The notes below the pieces were generated by a model. That model was not told the DNA's origin and did no database searches. It saw nothing but the letters and a program-made list of their open reading frames with translations. Positions 51,561 to 63,630 of a stretch of DNA of 64,000 nucleotides are shown one piece after another. Where the stretch lies: NCBI GenBank assembly GCA_026025075.1, contig JAPEUI010000005.1, forward strand, positions 62,001 to 126,000, written 5' to 3'. Within the stretch, counting starts at the first letter, position 1. Every line of letters begins with the position of its first letter. The translations under genes and the position numbers were made by a program. The stretch is from Vezdaea acicularis (taxonomy: Eukaryota).

Positions 51561-52833
51561 CCACCCCCAGACGCCGCCTGACTTACTGAGACCAACAGCA
51601 GGGAGCCCGAACAACTACCGCACACCTCATTCTACCTTTTTGCTATATGTCTGCGGCAACCCCTCGCTCATTATCTGCCACATTCCCTTCCTACTTTCTC
51701 ACCACGATCAGATGGTCACCAGAGGCCCTGTTACTTTCCTGAGCCCCCAAATCCCACCTCAGTCCAAGGCAGTGCAGACCGCAGATCCTTTTTACGCCCT
51801 CCGAGTGCAGCTCAACGTTCGTTACTTTGCTCACACTTCTTGTCCCTCTTCAACCATCCTTCGGCGCCAGACCCTCGGAGCAGATGCTGCAGACCCGTTT
51901 GCCCTAAGCAAAAGCAACGCCATCTCTTCTGCCGACATTTCGCTCACCGCTGTTCGAACTCGACGTGGTACGGCGACTGACGAATAACGAGCGGCTGCAA
52001 GCCCTACTCCCCGTGGTTGTGGTTGGTGGCGTTTAACCATCGGTACTGCGTTGTAACTGGGAACGCCCAGGATCGTCGTGATACTGCTGTTCCTCCTTGA
52101 CAAACTCGACGCTCCCCCCAGACGGTGACGTGCATGAGATCTTGCATGTTGCATCCCCTCGACAGCGTGCGATGCTTTCAGTCGCCGATGACGGTCACTA
52201 GATACAGCCTCTCTTCGATATATCTGGTTCAACTAAACGGCATGGCCAAGGTGGTCGACGTATTACGATGACCCTTTCAGTGACCTACGCCTCCTAATCG
52301 ATATAGCGCGCATCACACGGTCCACTGGTTGTGGGGGAACAGAAGGTCGTAGGCACACGCTCGGAAGACGAATAAAAGGAACAATCGACGATTTGGGAAA
52401 CGAGCTATATCATCGACCAGTGCGAGACCGGTCTTTCACGTCGATCAATATTTTACTTCTCAGTTCATGAGGTGCAGGACAAATATTCTACCGGACTCGG
52501 CATAGTATGCCGGATCGAGCCGTTTACTGCGTCGGGCATCAGAAAGAATCGGTCACAACCCAGCAATCCGGTCCGGCAATAACTCACGACGGCGACGGCC
52601 GACGCCAAGCTTCGTGCTATCCTCCGGTGGTGGACAGTTTGTCGGGAAAGCCAGTGATTGCATTGGCTCGGCTTCGCATACCCTGGCCAGCTTCTGATGC
52701 AGCTCCAGCGTGCTCAAGTCAATACTTGAACGATCGAAGCACCACTAATGGCAACAATTGTTTCCTGAGTTCCCCATTCCATTTGGAAAGCCTCACGGAA
52801 GGAAAGCCTCAGCCAGAATCTCTCACGGGCAAA

Positions 52834-55784
52834 ATGTCGTCTTCAAGAGATACCAGACCACCTTATCAAGGTGGACAGCTCCCACCGGTTAGCTCGCTTC
52901 TAGCCTCAGGTCCAAACTTACTCCCACCTACTAGCTCTCCTCATATCATGAGCAATCCCAATGATTATTCACACGGAAGATGGTCCTATTCACACGCTGG
53001 GCCCACTGGCACCTTGGAAAGGCAACCGACCAACAGGTTCGCTGAAACGTCTTTGCCGTACTTCCCTCCCCCGCCCCAGAGCAACCAGGTAGATACCAGG
53101 ATGGATTACGGCCACCCACGAACGCCGCAGTCAGCTGCTGGTGGAAGCCCGCAAACGCCGACGAGCTACCTAGACCATCAAAACATTCCTCGTTATGGTG
53201 GAGAGGCCGTATCTCCGGGTTCGCATCGTAGTACACCACGTTCGACCACGGGTACGGAGTTTGGTTATGGGAGCTGCCCGGGCTCTTTTGATCACGGCGT
53301 GGGTCAGGAGGACCACAAGACGCTGACATATGGCGAAGGGTCAACCCCTGGTGATGATTCGGTGGTGGATTGCTCTTCGGAACTGAGTACTCTGCCCAAG
53401 TTCGTTCGCGAGGAACATGTTGCGGGAAAAGGGTTGTGCTACTTCTACGACGATGGGACTCACTGTCAGGCCATCATCGACGGTGAGCAGGTCAACAAAC
53501 ACTGGGGAGTGACCAAGGCAGGTAAGCCAAGAAAACGTCTCGCCATGGCATGCATAACCTGCCGCGAGAAGAAGATCAAGTGCGAACCAGGTGTTCCAAA
53601 GTGCGTCCAGTGCGATAAGTATAATCGAGATTGTCGAATCAAGTTCACGTTAGTAATACTGCCCGCTCTCCTCGTGTTTCACGTTTCTCCAAGCCCAATT
53701 GTGATACGCTCTGTTAGATCATGAGCAAGCAGTTTCTACGTCTTACCAATCACGCCCCATTCCTTCGACTCTACACTATTCGTACATGAGCATCTGCTGA
53801 CTTTGAGAGTAGCCATCGTGGCCACCACAGCTCACCGTCGATATCATACGAAGGGCGCGAGTCCAGATCTGTCCAGGCGTCGCCCGAGTCGCCATTTCCG
53901 TTGACCACCGAAAGGCCACATCATAAACTTCCCATAAGATCACTATCTCACGAGGACGGACATGAACACGCTGTCGCTCCTAAGCGGAGATCTACACCAT
54001 CGTTGGATGATCACAATCCAATGTCAGCAGCCTATGACGGCTTGGATGGCTCGAGTACCAAACGACGAAGGCGAAGCTCTCCTTCTTCATCCCGCTCCGC
54101 ACCAAGACTTGAGGCAGAAAGCAGTCATCCCTCGACGATGGGCCTACTCGGACCGCTTGTAGACCATTCCGTAGACCGAGCGGCTGAGAGCCGCAATGGT
54201 AGCCTTTCACTCGGCTTTCAGTTCCGCTGGGACCAGGATCCCTATCGCGTTGATCCAGAGCTCGTCCTTGAGCTGATGGATCTCTACTTTCGACATATCA
54301 ACAACAATGCATATGCACTGTTCCCACAAGGACCATTCATGGAATGGCTCAAGAGCGACGGGAAGAAGTCGCAAGCTGATCTCGCCTTGGTGTTCAGCAT
54401 GCTCGCAACAGCCTCGAGGTTTCATGCCGGGTTGAGCAAATCGGTTGCGAGGGACTTTGCGGCCATCAGCAGAGATGCTGTGGGCCGCCTTCATGGGGAC
54501 TTTAGTTTGCAACTGGCGCAGTGTCGGCTAATTGTGACGCTCTACTACTTTGCTGTCGGGAATCATTCCGAGGCTTGGGACTACTGCGGCTCTGCCTTCC
54601 GCGTCGCCATTGCACTGAAGCTCAACCTTGAGGTTGACGTCGCCAGTGTATCCGATGATGATATCCCGTTTGGATTGACTCATCATGGATACTTGGAGTG
54701 TCGTCGCAGGACATTTTGGTCTTGCTACCTCATGGATGTATGTCAACTTCTCACTATGAACGTGCCACGCTCATTGCTTACACAGATGGAGCAGAAATTC
54801 AGCGGCTTCTGTTCGGGACATATCGCCACCTTTAATGATCGTGATATCTTCCTCCGGATGCCCATGGACGACGCAGACTACTCGAATCAGGATGGTGTCG
54901 ATGTACCGTATTTCATGGCAAACAAGATGGTACCCGACTCGGTAGAGACAAGGGCAAAGCTTGGCCCCAGAGCCCACCTCATACAGGTCGCCTCCATCTG
55001 GAACGAAGTCTTGGCTTATCTCTATAGGTCGGTCCATGAAGACAAGGGTACGTATCCGCAGGAATACGAAAGGTTCAATTCCAAAGCGAGGCAGTGGCTT
55101 GAAGCATGGCATGACAACCTGCCTTTGAACCTGAGATATGCGATTCATGACGGGGATAATCTGGACGCAAGCACTCAGGGGAGGTATGGTCCGGTGTTTG
55201 TCGCCATGCACGCCCTCTTCCACACAACCATAATGAAACTCAATCGTCACGCACGGTCAAAGTACCTCCGGCACACGTACGTCGCCGGCCTGGTGAAGCA
55301 CGCAGACAACCACGCCGCATTCTTCCTGCGCATGATGCACGACCTGGTCAAGCAGCGTGAACGCACGCCGGACATGACGCGCGGATCTGACCTGCCCATA
55401 GCTGGCTACGCCATCCTCACCGCTTGCGACATGATCAGCGGCAAAGGGCGGGTGTCCGAAATTTCCAGCCTGCTGGACATGATGGAAGGTGGTCACTTGG
55501 TTCTTCGCGAGCTGGCGAAATATTGGTCCAGCGCGAAAGACCAGCTCAACCGTGTCGAAAAGCGGGTTAGGGACCTCTCGGATCTGGTTACCGGCCCACC
55601 CACGGCGCCTGGGACGAAACCTGCAGGCGTGATTGTGCAGGACAAAGATCGGTTCAGCATGAACGCATCAATGGAGTCGGGATTCAGCAAGGATGACGAC
55701 TTGATACATGCTCTGACGCTGCAAGAGTATCTGAGCGCCAAGGAGGGCGTCGAGAGAGCCAATGTGCCTGATAATAGGAGCTGA
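52834..55784 (+). CDS. Zn(II)2Cys6 transcription factor with fungal middle-homology (Fungal_trans) domain
   Basis: KRLAMACITCREKKIKCEPGVPKCVQCDKYNRDC binuclear cluster. LMDLYFRHIN, AWDYCGSAFRVAIALKL, ECRRRTFWSCYLMD. Introns 53649-53812 and 54738-54794. The ORF is also open upstream to ATG 52507. Confidence 0.93.
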
Positions 55785-57549
55785 CATGAGGGGGCCAGGG
55801 CGGGACGCAGTCAGTAATGTTTATTGCATAGACCACTTACAACAGGTCTTGGGGACAAGCCGAGGATTTTCACGGTAATGTCTAACGCATATATTTATAT
55901 AAGGAGATCTCGGAGCCGGGCGAAGGAGGAGAAGAACATGTGGTCATGCGTATTGCATAATAGTCTTTGCACGGGGCTGGAAGATGGCCCCTCTGTTCAG
56001 GGTCACGATTTCTATGTCTTTACATCTCTCACACGGTCGAGCGGTCTGTTTGAGCGGGGTTTCCCGGTCTGCTTATTTAGCGTTGTGCTTTCCTCTCCTC
56101 TTGCTGTCTCGCGCTTCACCTCTCCTCTCTTTCTTATCTCTCGCTCGCTCCTTTACTCTTCTACCACCCAGCATATGAACGGCGCGCTCGCTCTTATGGG
56201 CGTCGGGAGCTCCGTCTTGGAATGGATCGGTGCGTTGTTTCGTTTTTTCACTTCTTTTCTCTTTTCTTGGTCGTCTCTACACTTTTTTCTCTCGGCAAAA
56301 ACTGGATCATCACGCATGGATGGCATAGACTCGGATGGAAGATGGGGGGAATCATGCTATCAGATTCGACGAATGTATTCGATAATGTAATGGCGCTGCT
56401 ACCGTCGCTGTAGCAGCGGAGCCAGAGAGATGTGGCTCGCGTTATGGGCTTTGGAAAGGAGAGGTCCATCCCCCATACACACATACAAATACACGTACAC
56501 ATACGCATATAAACACAGACTCTACTCTCTTCTACTATGGCTTTCTATGCTATTGCAAATACTGTGGTACGGCCTGCTCAAGGGAGGAAGTGCTAGCTGG
56601 AGATTGAGGCGTATCACGCCTTCCTCTTGCAGCACATACGCCAATAGTCCATCACCTCTCTCCGCAGTCGACCAACCTAACGATAAGCGCCGTAGCCATG
56701 CAAATATAAGGGTGGTGCAACCGCTTCCGCCCTAACCTCCCATCCCACCTTCACCCTCACCCACTTCATCTCCACCACCCACTTTCTCCCCCAATACCCA
56801 CTTACCGCCTCCCCCCAACAAATCATTCTTACCCCTCCACCCCCCTCGCCAAATAGCCCCCGCATCCGAACCTGTCACACACGGAGCTAGGAGAATTTCT
56901 GGCAAGCGCAGGCTGCCGATGGGCTCTCGGCATCTCGCATGCAGCACACGACTGAGTTTGCGCCATCGGCATTCGGGACTATCGATTCTCATTCACCCCA
57001 CCTCCAAGTATCATTCTTGTATCCCTGAGAAGCGTGCAGGGCTGCGTAGGTAGGAGTAACCTACGAGTTGTGCGCGCGCCCGAAGCGGCTAGAGCGCCAA
57101 GGGAGAGCAAGATGGGGAGATAAGGGGAGAGGATGGGGAGGACCGGGCATATCGACCGATAGGGCCAAGCGCGCTCGAACGCCAATGCATCCACCCCCAC
57201 AGTCACCCGCTGTCAAAGAAACACCGGCCCACTTCGCGATCGTCGTATCCGGCATTTCGCCTTTATTGCCTCGCAAGGGGAGGGAGTGATTTCCCGTTCG
57301 CTTGAATCCCTGGTCAGGCACGCATGGCTGGCGGGTGGAGCGTGCCGGGTCGGTAGCGGGCTTCGGTATTGGGTCCGGGATGGGATAGGATTTCGAGAAA
57401 GGCGGTAGTGAACAGAGCAGACGGAAGGACCGGGATTACGGGGTTTTTGACAGCTCGAAGCCCTGGCGCGGGATGTGCCATGCGGCGTTCTGATATGCTT
57501 TGGTGGAGCAAGCCAAAGGCGTCGAACCCTCAAAGCAATAGCTGGTGGG

Positions 57550-57595
57550 TATCGATATGAATATGGATACGGATACCGATATCGACACAGGATCC
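57550..57595. repeat. Degenerate hexamer repeat (GATAYN)
   Basis: atcgatatgaatatggatacggataccgatatcgacacaggatcc. Confidence 0.55.
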
Positions 57596-60323
57596 GGCAG
57601 TTGGACATGGCAATGCAATGCACGTCCTGCATCGGCGATACTCCCGACGAGCGAGTCGCGGAGCTGGAGTGACATTCTCACCTCTCCCATCTCTCTCTCT
57701 CTTCTTTGCGCTTCTCCGATAGAGTATCAAAGTGTGGCGTTTCCCGCGTTCCGCCGCCTCCTTCGGGGCCCGAGCACCCCCTGGTTCCTGCCCAACTTTC
57801 CCCTTCCGCTCCGGGCTCCGCCGGGAGGGAGACTTTCCCATTTCCACCTTGCCCGCCCTTCCACTGATGGAATCCCGTACATCCACCGGACCTCCTCCCC
57901 ACGAATCGGAAAGCAGGAAAGAAGACGCGGACCCGGCGCAGTGGAGAGGGGGAGTGCGGGAACGCCGCCGCCGCGCGCACCAATACCGCCTTGAGTTTCC
58001 ATCCCGGACAACTCTCCACATCGAGCTCGCCAGCGCAACCCGCACCGATCTCCGAACGCCCCAACCAAGGGCCAACGCAACATCACCAGAGACCGGGCCG
58101 TAGAGGACGTGTGTAACGAGAGTTTACCTCCCTCCCGCCTATCCCCGACGCGGGTCTGACAGCTCGTATCTGCAAGCCTCATCTTGCCTGGACCGACCGA
58201 ACTATCGGCGGGAAACCCTACTCCACAACTGCAACTGCACTGCGCTGCACTGCGGTCGCGCGCCAGCGCTTCCGAGTGGTCGAGAAGCGCCTTCGCTTGT
58301 TCTTGTGCCGCATTGCTTGCGTTTATGTGATGTGATGTGGTTTGATCTACCGAAAGAGGCTGGTGGGGGGGGATTTTTGATAGAGATGCGGGTTCCGCGA
58401 AGGCTACGTGTGATGTACGGCATCCCGAAGGAGCTTCCGGGATCCCGAGACGGGGCCGATTCGGGACTATCCGGTCTGGTGTCGGGGTGCACGATCGGTT
58501 TGCTTTGTTTGTTCTTGCGGTTGGTTCCGGGCGGCTTTGTCCGGTCCGGCCGGCTCTTAGGGCCTGAAGACGGAGAGCGTCGCGCACGACATCTCCGGGG
58601 TACCGTAGCGCAAGGGGGGAATCCCGCTGGCAGTAGCAGCAGCAGCAGTAGCAGACTCGCTCACTCGTCCTCTCGCTCACCAGCAATTCTCCTTGTCCCA
58701 GAGAATGAATGGTATTTTGGAGCCAGCAAGAGTGGGCAGACAGCCAGGACCAAAGAAAACCCGGTTGTTGGCTGAGTTGAGGCGAGCTCGGTTGTGTGCT
58801 GCTGTCTTCACCCCCATTTCTCACTGGCGGCTAACTCGAGACGACGGTTCGGCTTTCTGGGGATAACGCCCGTCCTGAAATCTTAGCCACGATAGATGCT
58901 GAGGAAGGGGATGGACACTCTGGAGACGGCGCCGGCGGCTGGAGAAGGGTGCTGCTTGTTGTAACTGGTCGCATACGGTCGCAAGTGGTCGCACTCATTG
59001 TCGCACGCCGTCGCAGACTCAGAGCGCAGTCATACGCATTTGTCCATCGACTGGTTATGCCCGCGCAGAAAAACGGACTCCAGCCGCGCGCGCGCGCGCG
59101 CTTCGGCGCGACTCGCGATCCAAGGCGAAGAGAACGAGCAATGAATGAGCTTTGAAGGGACGTAGAGAAACCGTGACAGCCGCACCACCATGGCCTCCCC
59201 CTTGCGACGCGCACGCGCTCCTGCGCAATGACGCTGCAAATGAAGGACACCGCCCATGGTAGCCCTTCCGGCCTATCCTCCCGCATGGACGCCAATCGAT
59301 AGCGAGTGCCGTGGGCAGGAGGGGTGAAAGGAGGGGACCTGATACCGTCCCCCGCAAAACCGCGGGACCCAGCACCCCAAGCTCGTTTCAAGTGGGATGT
59401 TAGTCCTGTCGTCACGGCATCGTGACTGAGGAGGTGTTGGGTTTCCTCTGTTGCGCTCATTTCCCGGATCAGACGCGGATCGTGAGATACGTTGATGCGT
59501 TTTTCCCTTTCTGTTCTTCGCTCTCTCTCTCGCTGTTCTCTATCTGTTTTTCCTTCCTGCGAAGGAGGGTTGAATGCATCCTGTCTCTCGTTTTCTTGAA
59601 AGTTGACTTACGACGCTCATTACTCTGTTTCTTTGTGTTGCGCGATACTTGCGAGCCGCGTGCGGTTTCGTGCCATTCATTCCCCTTCACCTTGTTGATT
59701 GTTATCTCTCACGTGGTTGAGCTGCGGGGCGCTGTGCGCTTGTCGTCGTGCGGACGTGAAAGTGAGGAGACGGTTGAGAGACTGCAAGACTTCCTGGAAA
59801 ACGAAAGGCACGAGAGATTTGCTGGGTTGGGAGGTGGTAGACTGTCTGCGTTGGAGCTGTATCGACTTGGACGGGCGACGTCGTGGAAACGACAGCTTGG
59901 CACGAATCAACGAGGTCATCTGCGGAGCAGATGCAAGCAAAGAACTGAGGTCGACAGCTGGGATATTCCCTTTTGCGCGGAGGAAACGCACCGAGTAAAG
60001 GGCTCGCAGCACACGTCGGAAGGTATCTGTGAGGAGATATTGGGGTGGACTGGGCTGGATCCGGAAGTTTTGCGCTTCACCACGTTCACGATTATTCACG
60101 AGCCAACTAAACAACCTCCCTCAGCGATAACAGCAGGCCAAGCTGGATATCAACAAGAGCTCATCTGAAGCTCGACACGCTCCTTTCGCGATACGATATC
60201 TACGCTCATCACTGCAAAGTCGTTGAAATCATCGAAATCAAACAGCACCCGACCCCTGTTTGACCTCATCTCATCTCATCTCACCTTACATTTCACCTCA
60301 AATTATCTGCACTCAAGGACACC

Positions 60324-62164
60324 ATGGGTCCTTTAAGCATTCCGGGAATGTCTACCTTCGTTCTTTTTCTTCCTCTTCTTCTCTTCACCCTGGAGGTGGA
60401 GGCATTCTGGCGCATGCCCTGCGAGTCAGGGGGATTGGCGCGCCTGGATCCGATTGTTAGCCCCGGCGCCGTGGGGGAGCATGCGCATAGCGTGCACGGG
60501 AGTGGTGGTGAGTTTTGTTTCTATCATGCATCTCTTATACACGACGAGCATCCTGAAATGATCTTGAGCCGATCCTAACATCTATGCCAGATTTCTCCAT
60601 GAGTTCTACATCGCAGAGCCTGGCCGGCTCCAACTGCTCGAGCTGCGCCGTCCCCGCGGACCGGTCCGCCTACTGGACACCCTCGCTCTACTTCCAAGGC
60701 AGTGACGGCAAAATGACGATCGTGCCGCAGGTGGGCGGCATGCTCGCCTACTACCTCCTCGAAGGCGAGCACATCAAGGCCTTCCCCACGGGCTTCCAGA
60801 TGATCGCAGGCGACACGCGCCAGCGCAACTTCACCTGGCCGGTGCCGGACCCGCCCACCTCCAGCTGGTCCGGCGACCAGGTCTCGCAGCCCGCCCTCCG
60901 CCAGAAAGCGCTCGGCTTCAACTGCTTGAATTATGCGAAAGCACCGGAGGGCGCGCTCATGCGCCATTTCATGCCCAATCAGTCTTTCCTGGATGCCAAT
61001 TGCGCTCAGGGCGTGAGGCTGGAGCTCATGTTTCCGTCCTGCTGGAATGGGAAGGATCTGGATTCTCCGGATCACAAGTCTCATGTGGCGTATCCTGATT
61101 TGGTCAAGACGGGGACGTGTCCGGATGGGTTTGGCACGCGTCTGCCGTCGTTAATGTATGAGACTATTTGGAATACTTATGCGTTCAAGGGGCAGGCGGG
61201 GCAGTTTGTCTTTGCCAATGGCGATACCACTGGTATGTTACCCACATCTCTCTCTCTCTTCCTCCCCCCCTCTCCACACCCTTCCCCCTATCTCTTCCCT
61301 TCCGATTTCCATCCTCACTCTCCACACGTACTAACAACCACGACACCAGGCTTCGGCTATCACGGCGACTTCATGACCGGCTGGGACCCCAACGTGCTCC
61401 AACAAGCTGTGGACACCTGCACGAACCTGTCCGGCAACATCCAGGACTGCCCCGTCTTTGCATCTAGCATCCAAACACAGGACCAGCAGCTCGCGTGCAA
61501 GATCTCCGTCCCGCCCCAGCTGCAGGGCGAGGACTATCAGGGGCCCAGGAGCGGGTTGCCTGGCGGCGGTGAGTCCTTTTGTTTTATGTCATATTCCCCG
61601 GGATATCTATTCCCTAGCCAGGTCTTACGTGCGCATGAAACTGATCTTTATTCCCGAACAGTCATCATCCAACCCGGCCCCGCCTACGCCTCTAAAGCTC
61701 CCTCCCCATCCTCCCCCTCATCTACATCCACATCCTACACTCTCCCCAGCACCGCCCTTTCTCTACCAGCGACCCCCCCGCCACAAGCAACCCCTTCCAT
61801 CGGCGGTATCTTCGCCGAAAAGCCCAGCGCCTCTATCGCCGCCCAAGCCCTTCCCGCCCCAACCACAACCACCACCACCCCTCCTCCAGCACCAGCCACA
61901 CCAACAACACCCTCGCTTTCATTCGCCACAACCCTCTACTCCGCAGCCGCAAGCGGAAGCGGCACCCTCGAGATCTTCGTCGTTGTTACCGAGGTTACCG
62001 TTACTGAGCCTGTCACTGCAACCACGACCTTGCTGACGGGTGGCCTGACGGGTGGCCCGACGGCGACGGCGAAGGTGAAGGATGCCCCAGCGGCGGCGGC
62101 GGGAAAGCGCAAGAAGCGGCATCTGGCGCATCATAAGCATCATGCGTATGCTGTTAAGGGGTAG
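60324..62164 (+). CDS. Secreted DUF1996-domain protein with S/T/P-rich tail
   Basis: Signal peptide ending VEA|FWRMPC. RLDPIVSPG...HAHSVHG, CSSC....DRSAYWTPSLY, GGMLAYY, AFPTGFQMIAGD, FPSCWNGKDLDSPDHKSHVAYP, YETIWNT, GYHGDF..GWD. Introns 60508-60590, 61233-61349, 61569-61661. The start may be ATG 60348. Confidence 0.92.
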
Positions 62165-62849
62165 TGGCGGCTGGTACTGGTACTGGTGCTCGTGCTTTTT
62201 CTTTTTTTCATGCTCGATGGCGGTGGTGGGGAATCGCTGCCGAGATGCACTCGGGGCACCGGGAAAGGGGAAGTGGTGGGGCTGGATCTTTGATTCTTGA
62301 ATATACAAGCTTTTTTCACACTAGCACTAGTACCGGCGTCGCGCAAGCGGAAGCGTAGGGTGGAGCGGCTTTTCTCATTTCATTTGGTTTCATGCCACTT
62401 ATCTCTTTCATTCTGTACACAGATACCCTTTTTCTCCCCCTACCTAAACTTTCTTGATTTGCTGCAGGAGTATATACGTTGGAGATGGTAGTGAGATATG
62501 GTAGGGTTTGCTTGAACTGGATAAGTCGCTGTAGAAGACGCATAAGGAGACGCACAAGAAGGAGGAGAAAGTACGCAATCACACCCCCACTTTCCCACAT
62601 TTCCCCATCTGATTTGTGCATCTGCTCCCTACCCTACCATCCAAGACCAGTCAGTCAGTCAGTCAACCTGTACTTTTAAAAAGTGCATGCAAGCAAGTGA
62701 CATTCCTTCCCCCCCCTTACGCCACAAACCACACACCACACACACACCCACCCCTCCTTCCCAATCCTCCCCCTCCCATCCTCACGTACCTATCCCCTAT
62801 AACCCCGCATTTTCATCTATCTATATCTATCCCCCCATCCCCAGCAGGA

Positions 62850-63090
62850 CCAACCAACCAACCAACCAACCACCCGAACCACCCGAACCACCCCGACCAA
62901 ACCAAACCAAACCAAAACACAAACAAACAAAGCATACAACCTACTTAACTTCCTACACCCCCACCAACCCGTACTGTTGTGAATGGATACACACACACAC
63001 ACATACCCCCGAAAAAGGGGGAGATGGATGGGATGAATGGATGAATGAATGAATGAATGACTATGACATGATGATATGATGATATGAATT
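62850..63090. repeat. Compound microsatellite cluster: (CCAA)n, (CCACCCGAA)2, (CA)n, (ATGA)n
   Basis: Directly visible simple repeats in the convergent intergenic region. Confidence 0.8.
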
Positions 63091-63294
63091 TCTGGATGCA
63101 TGTACTACCAACCCCCCTACCAACCGCCTACGGAAAGAGATATGACATAAAAGATGAACGTGACGGGATGCAAAAAGTAAAAGTATGTATATAAGATCGC
63201 CAGCAAAAAAAGCGGGAGCTATCCTATCCCGTTCCATATGTGTTTTATTTTAATTTTTTAAATGCCAATATCCCGTGCCCTGTTTCCCCACCAA

Positions 63295-63387
63295 GTCCTG
63301 CCTCTGTCCTGTCCTGTCCTGTCCTGGCCTGGCCTGCTCTGCCCCGATCCGGGCTTGGGCCTGGGCCTGGCCTGGCGTGGGCTGGGG
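63295..63387. repeat. Pentamer/hexamer simple repeat (CCTGT)n grading into (CCTGG)n/(GGGCCT)n
   Basis: ctgtcctgtcctgtcctgtcctggcctggcctg...gggcttgggcctgggcctggcctgg. Confidence 0.75.
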
Positions 63388-63630
63388 TTGTTGCTGTGTG
63401 AGGAGAGAAATATTTGTTTAGGTTTCTGGGTGTTTGCTTGGTCAGGGTTAAAGGCTGATGTTGGAGAAAAGGGGGGGGCGGGGGGGTGGATTTTTAGGAA
63501 AGGGTGGATGGTGGGTTTGGAGGAGGGATGGGACGGTGGAGTGTGTGTCTCGTTGCTCCGTTGCGTCCCATCAGGCTAGCTCCTCACAACACAAACCCCC
63601 CCCCCCCCGATTTCTTTCCCCCCTTTCCCT

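Noticed and set aside
52507..52833. 109-codon in-frame N-terminal extension of the Zn2Cys6 factor
   Set aside because: ATG 52834 has the stronger context (CAAAATG) and the extension looks UTR-like. It is not excluded without TSS data.
57727..58824. 365-aa minus-strand ORF and overlapping ORFs at 57.5-59.5 kb
   Set aside because: Non-ATG start, GC-rich low-complexity sequence open in several frames, no domain or codon-bias signal.
59422..60168. 248-aa plus-strand ORF upstream of the DUF1996 gene
   Set aside because: GTG start, translation of CT-rich promoter-like sequence, no recognisable motif.
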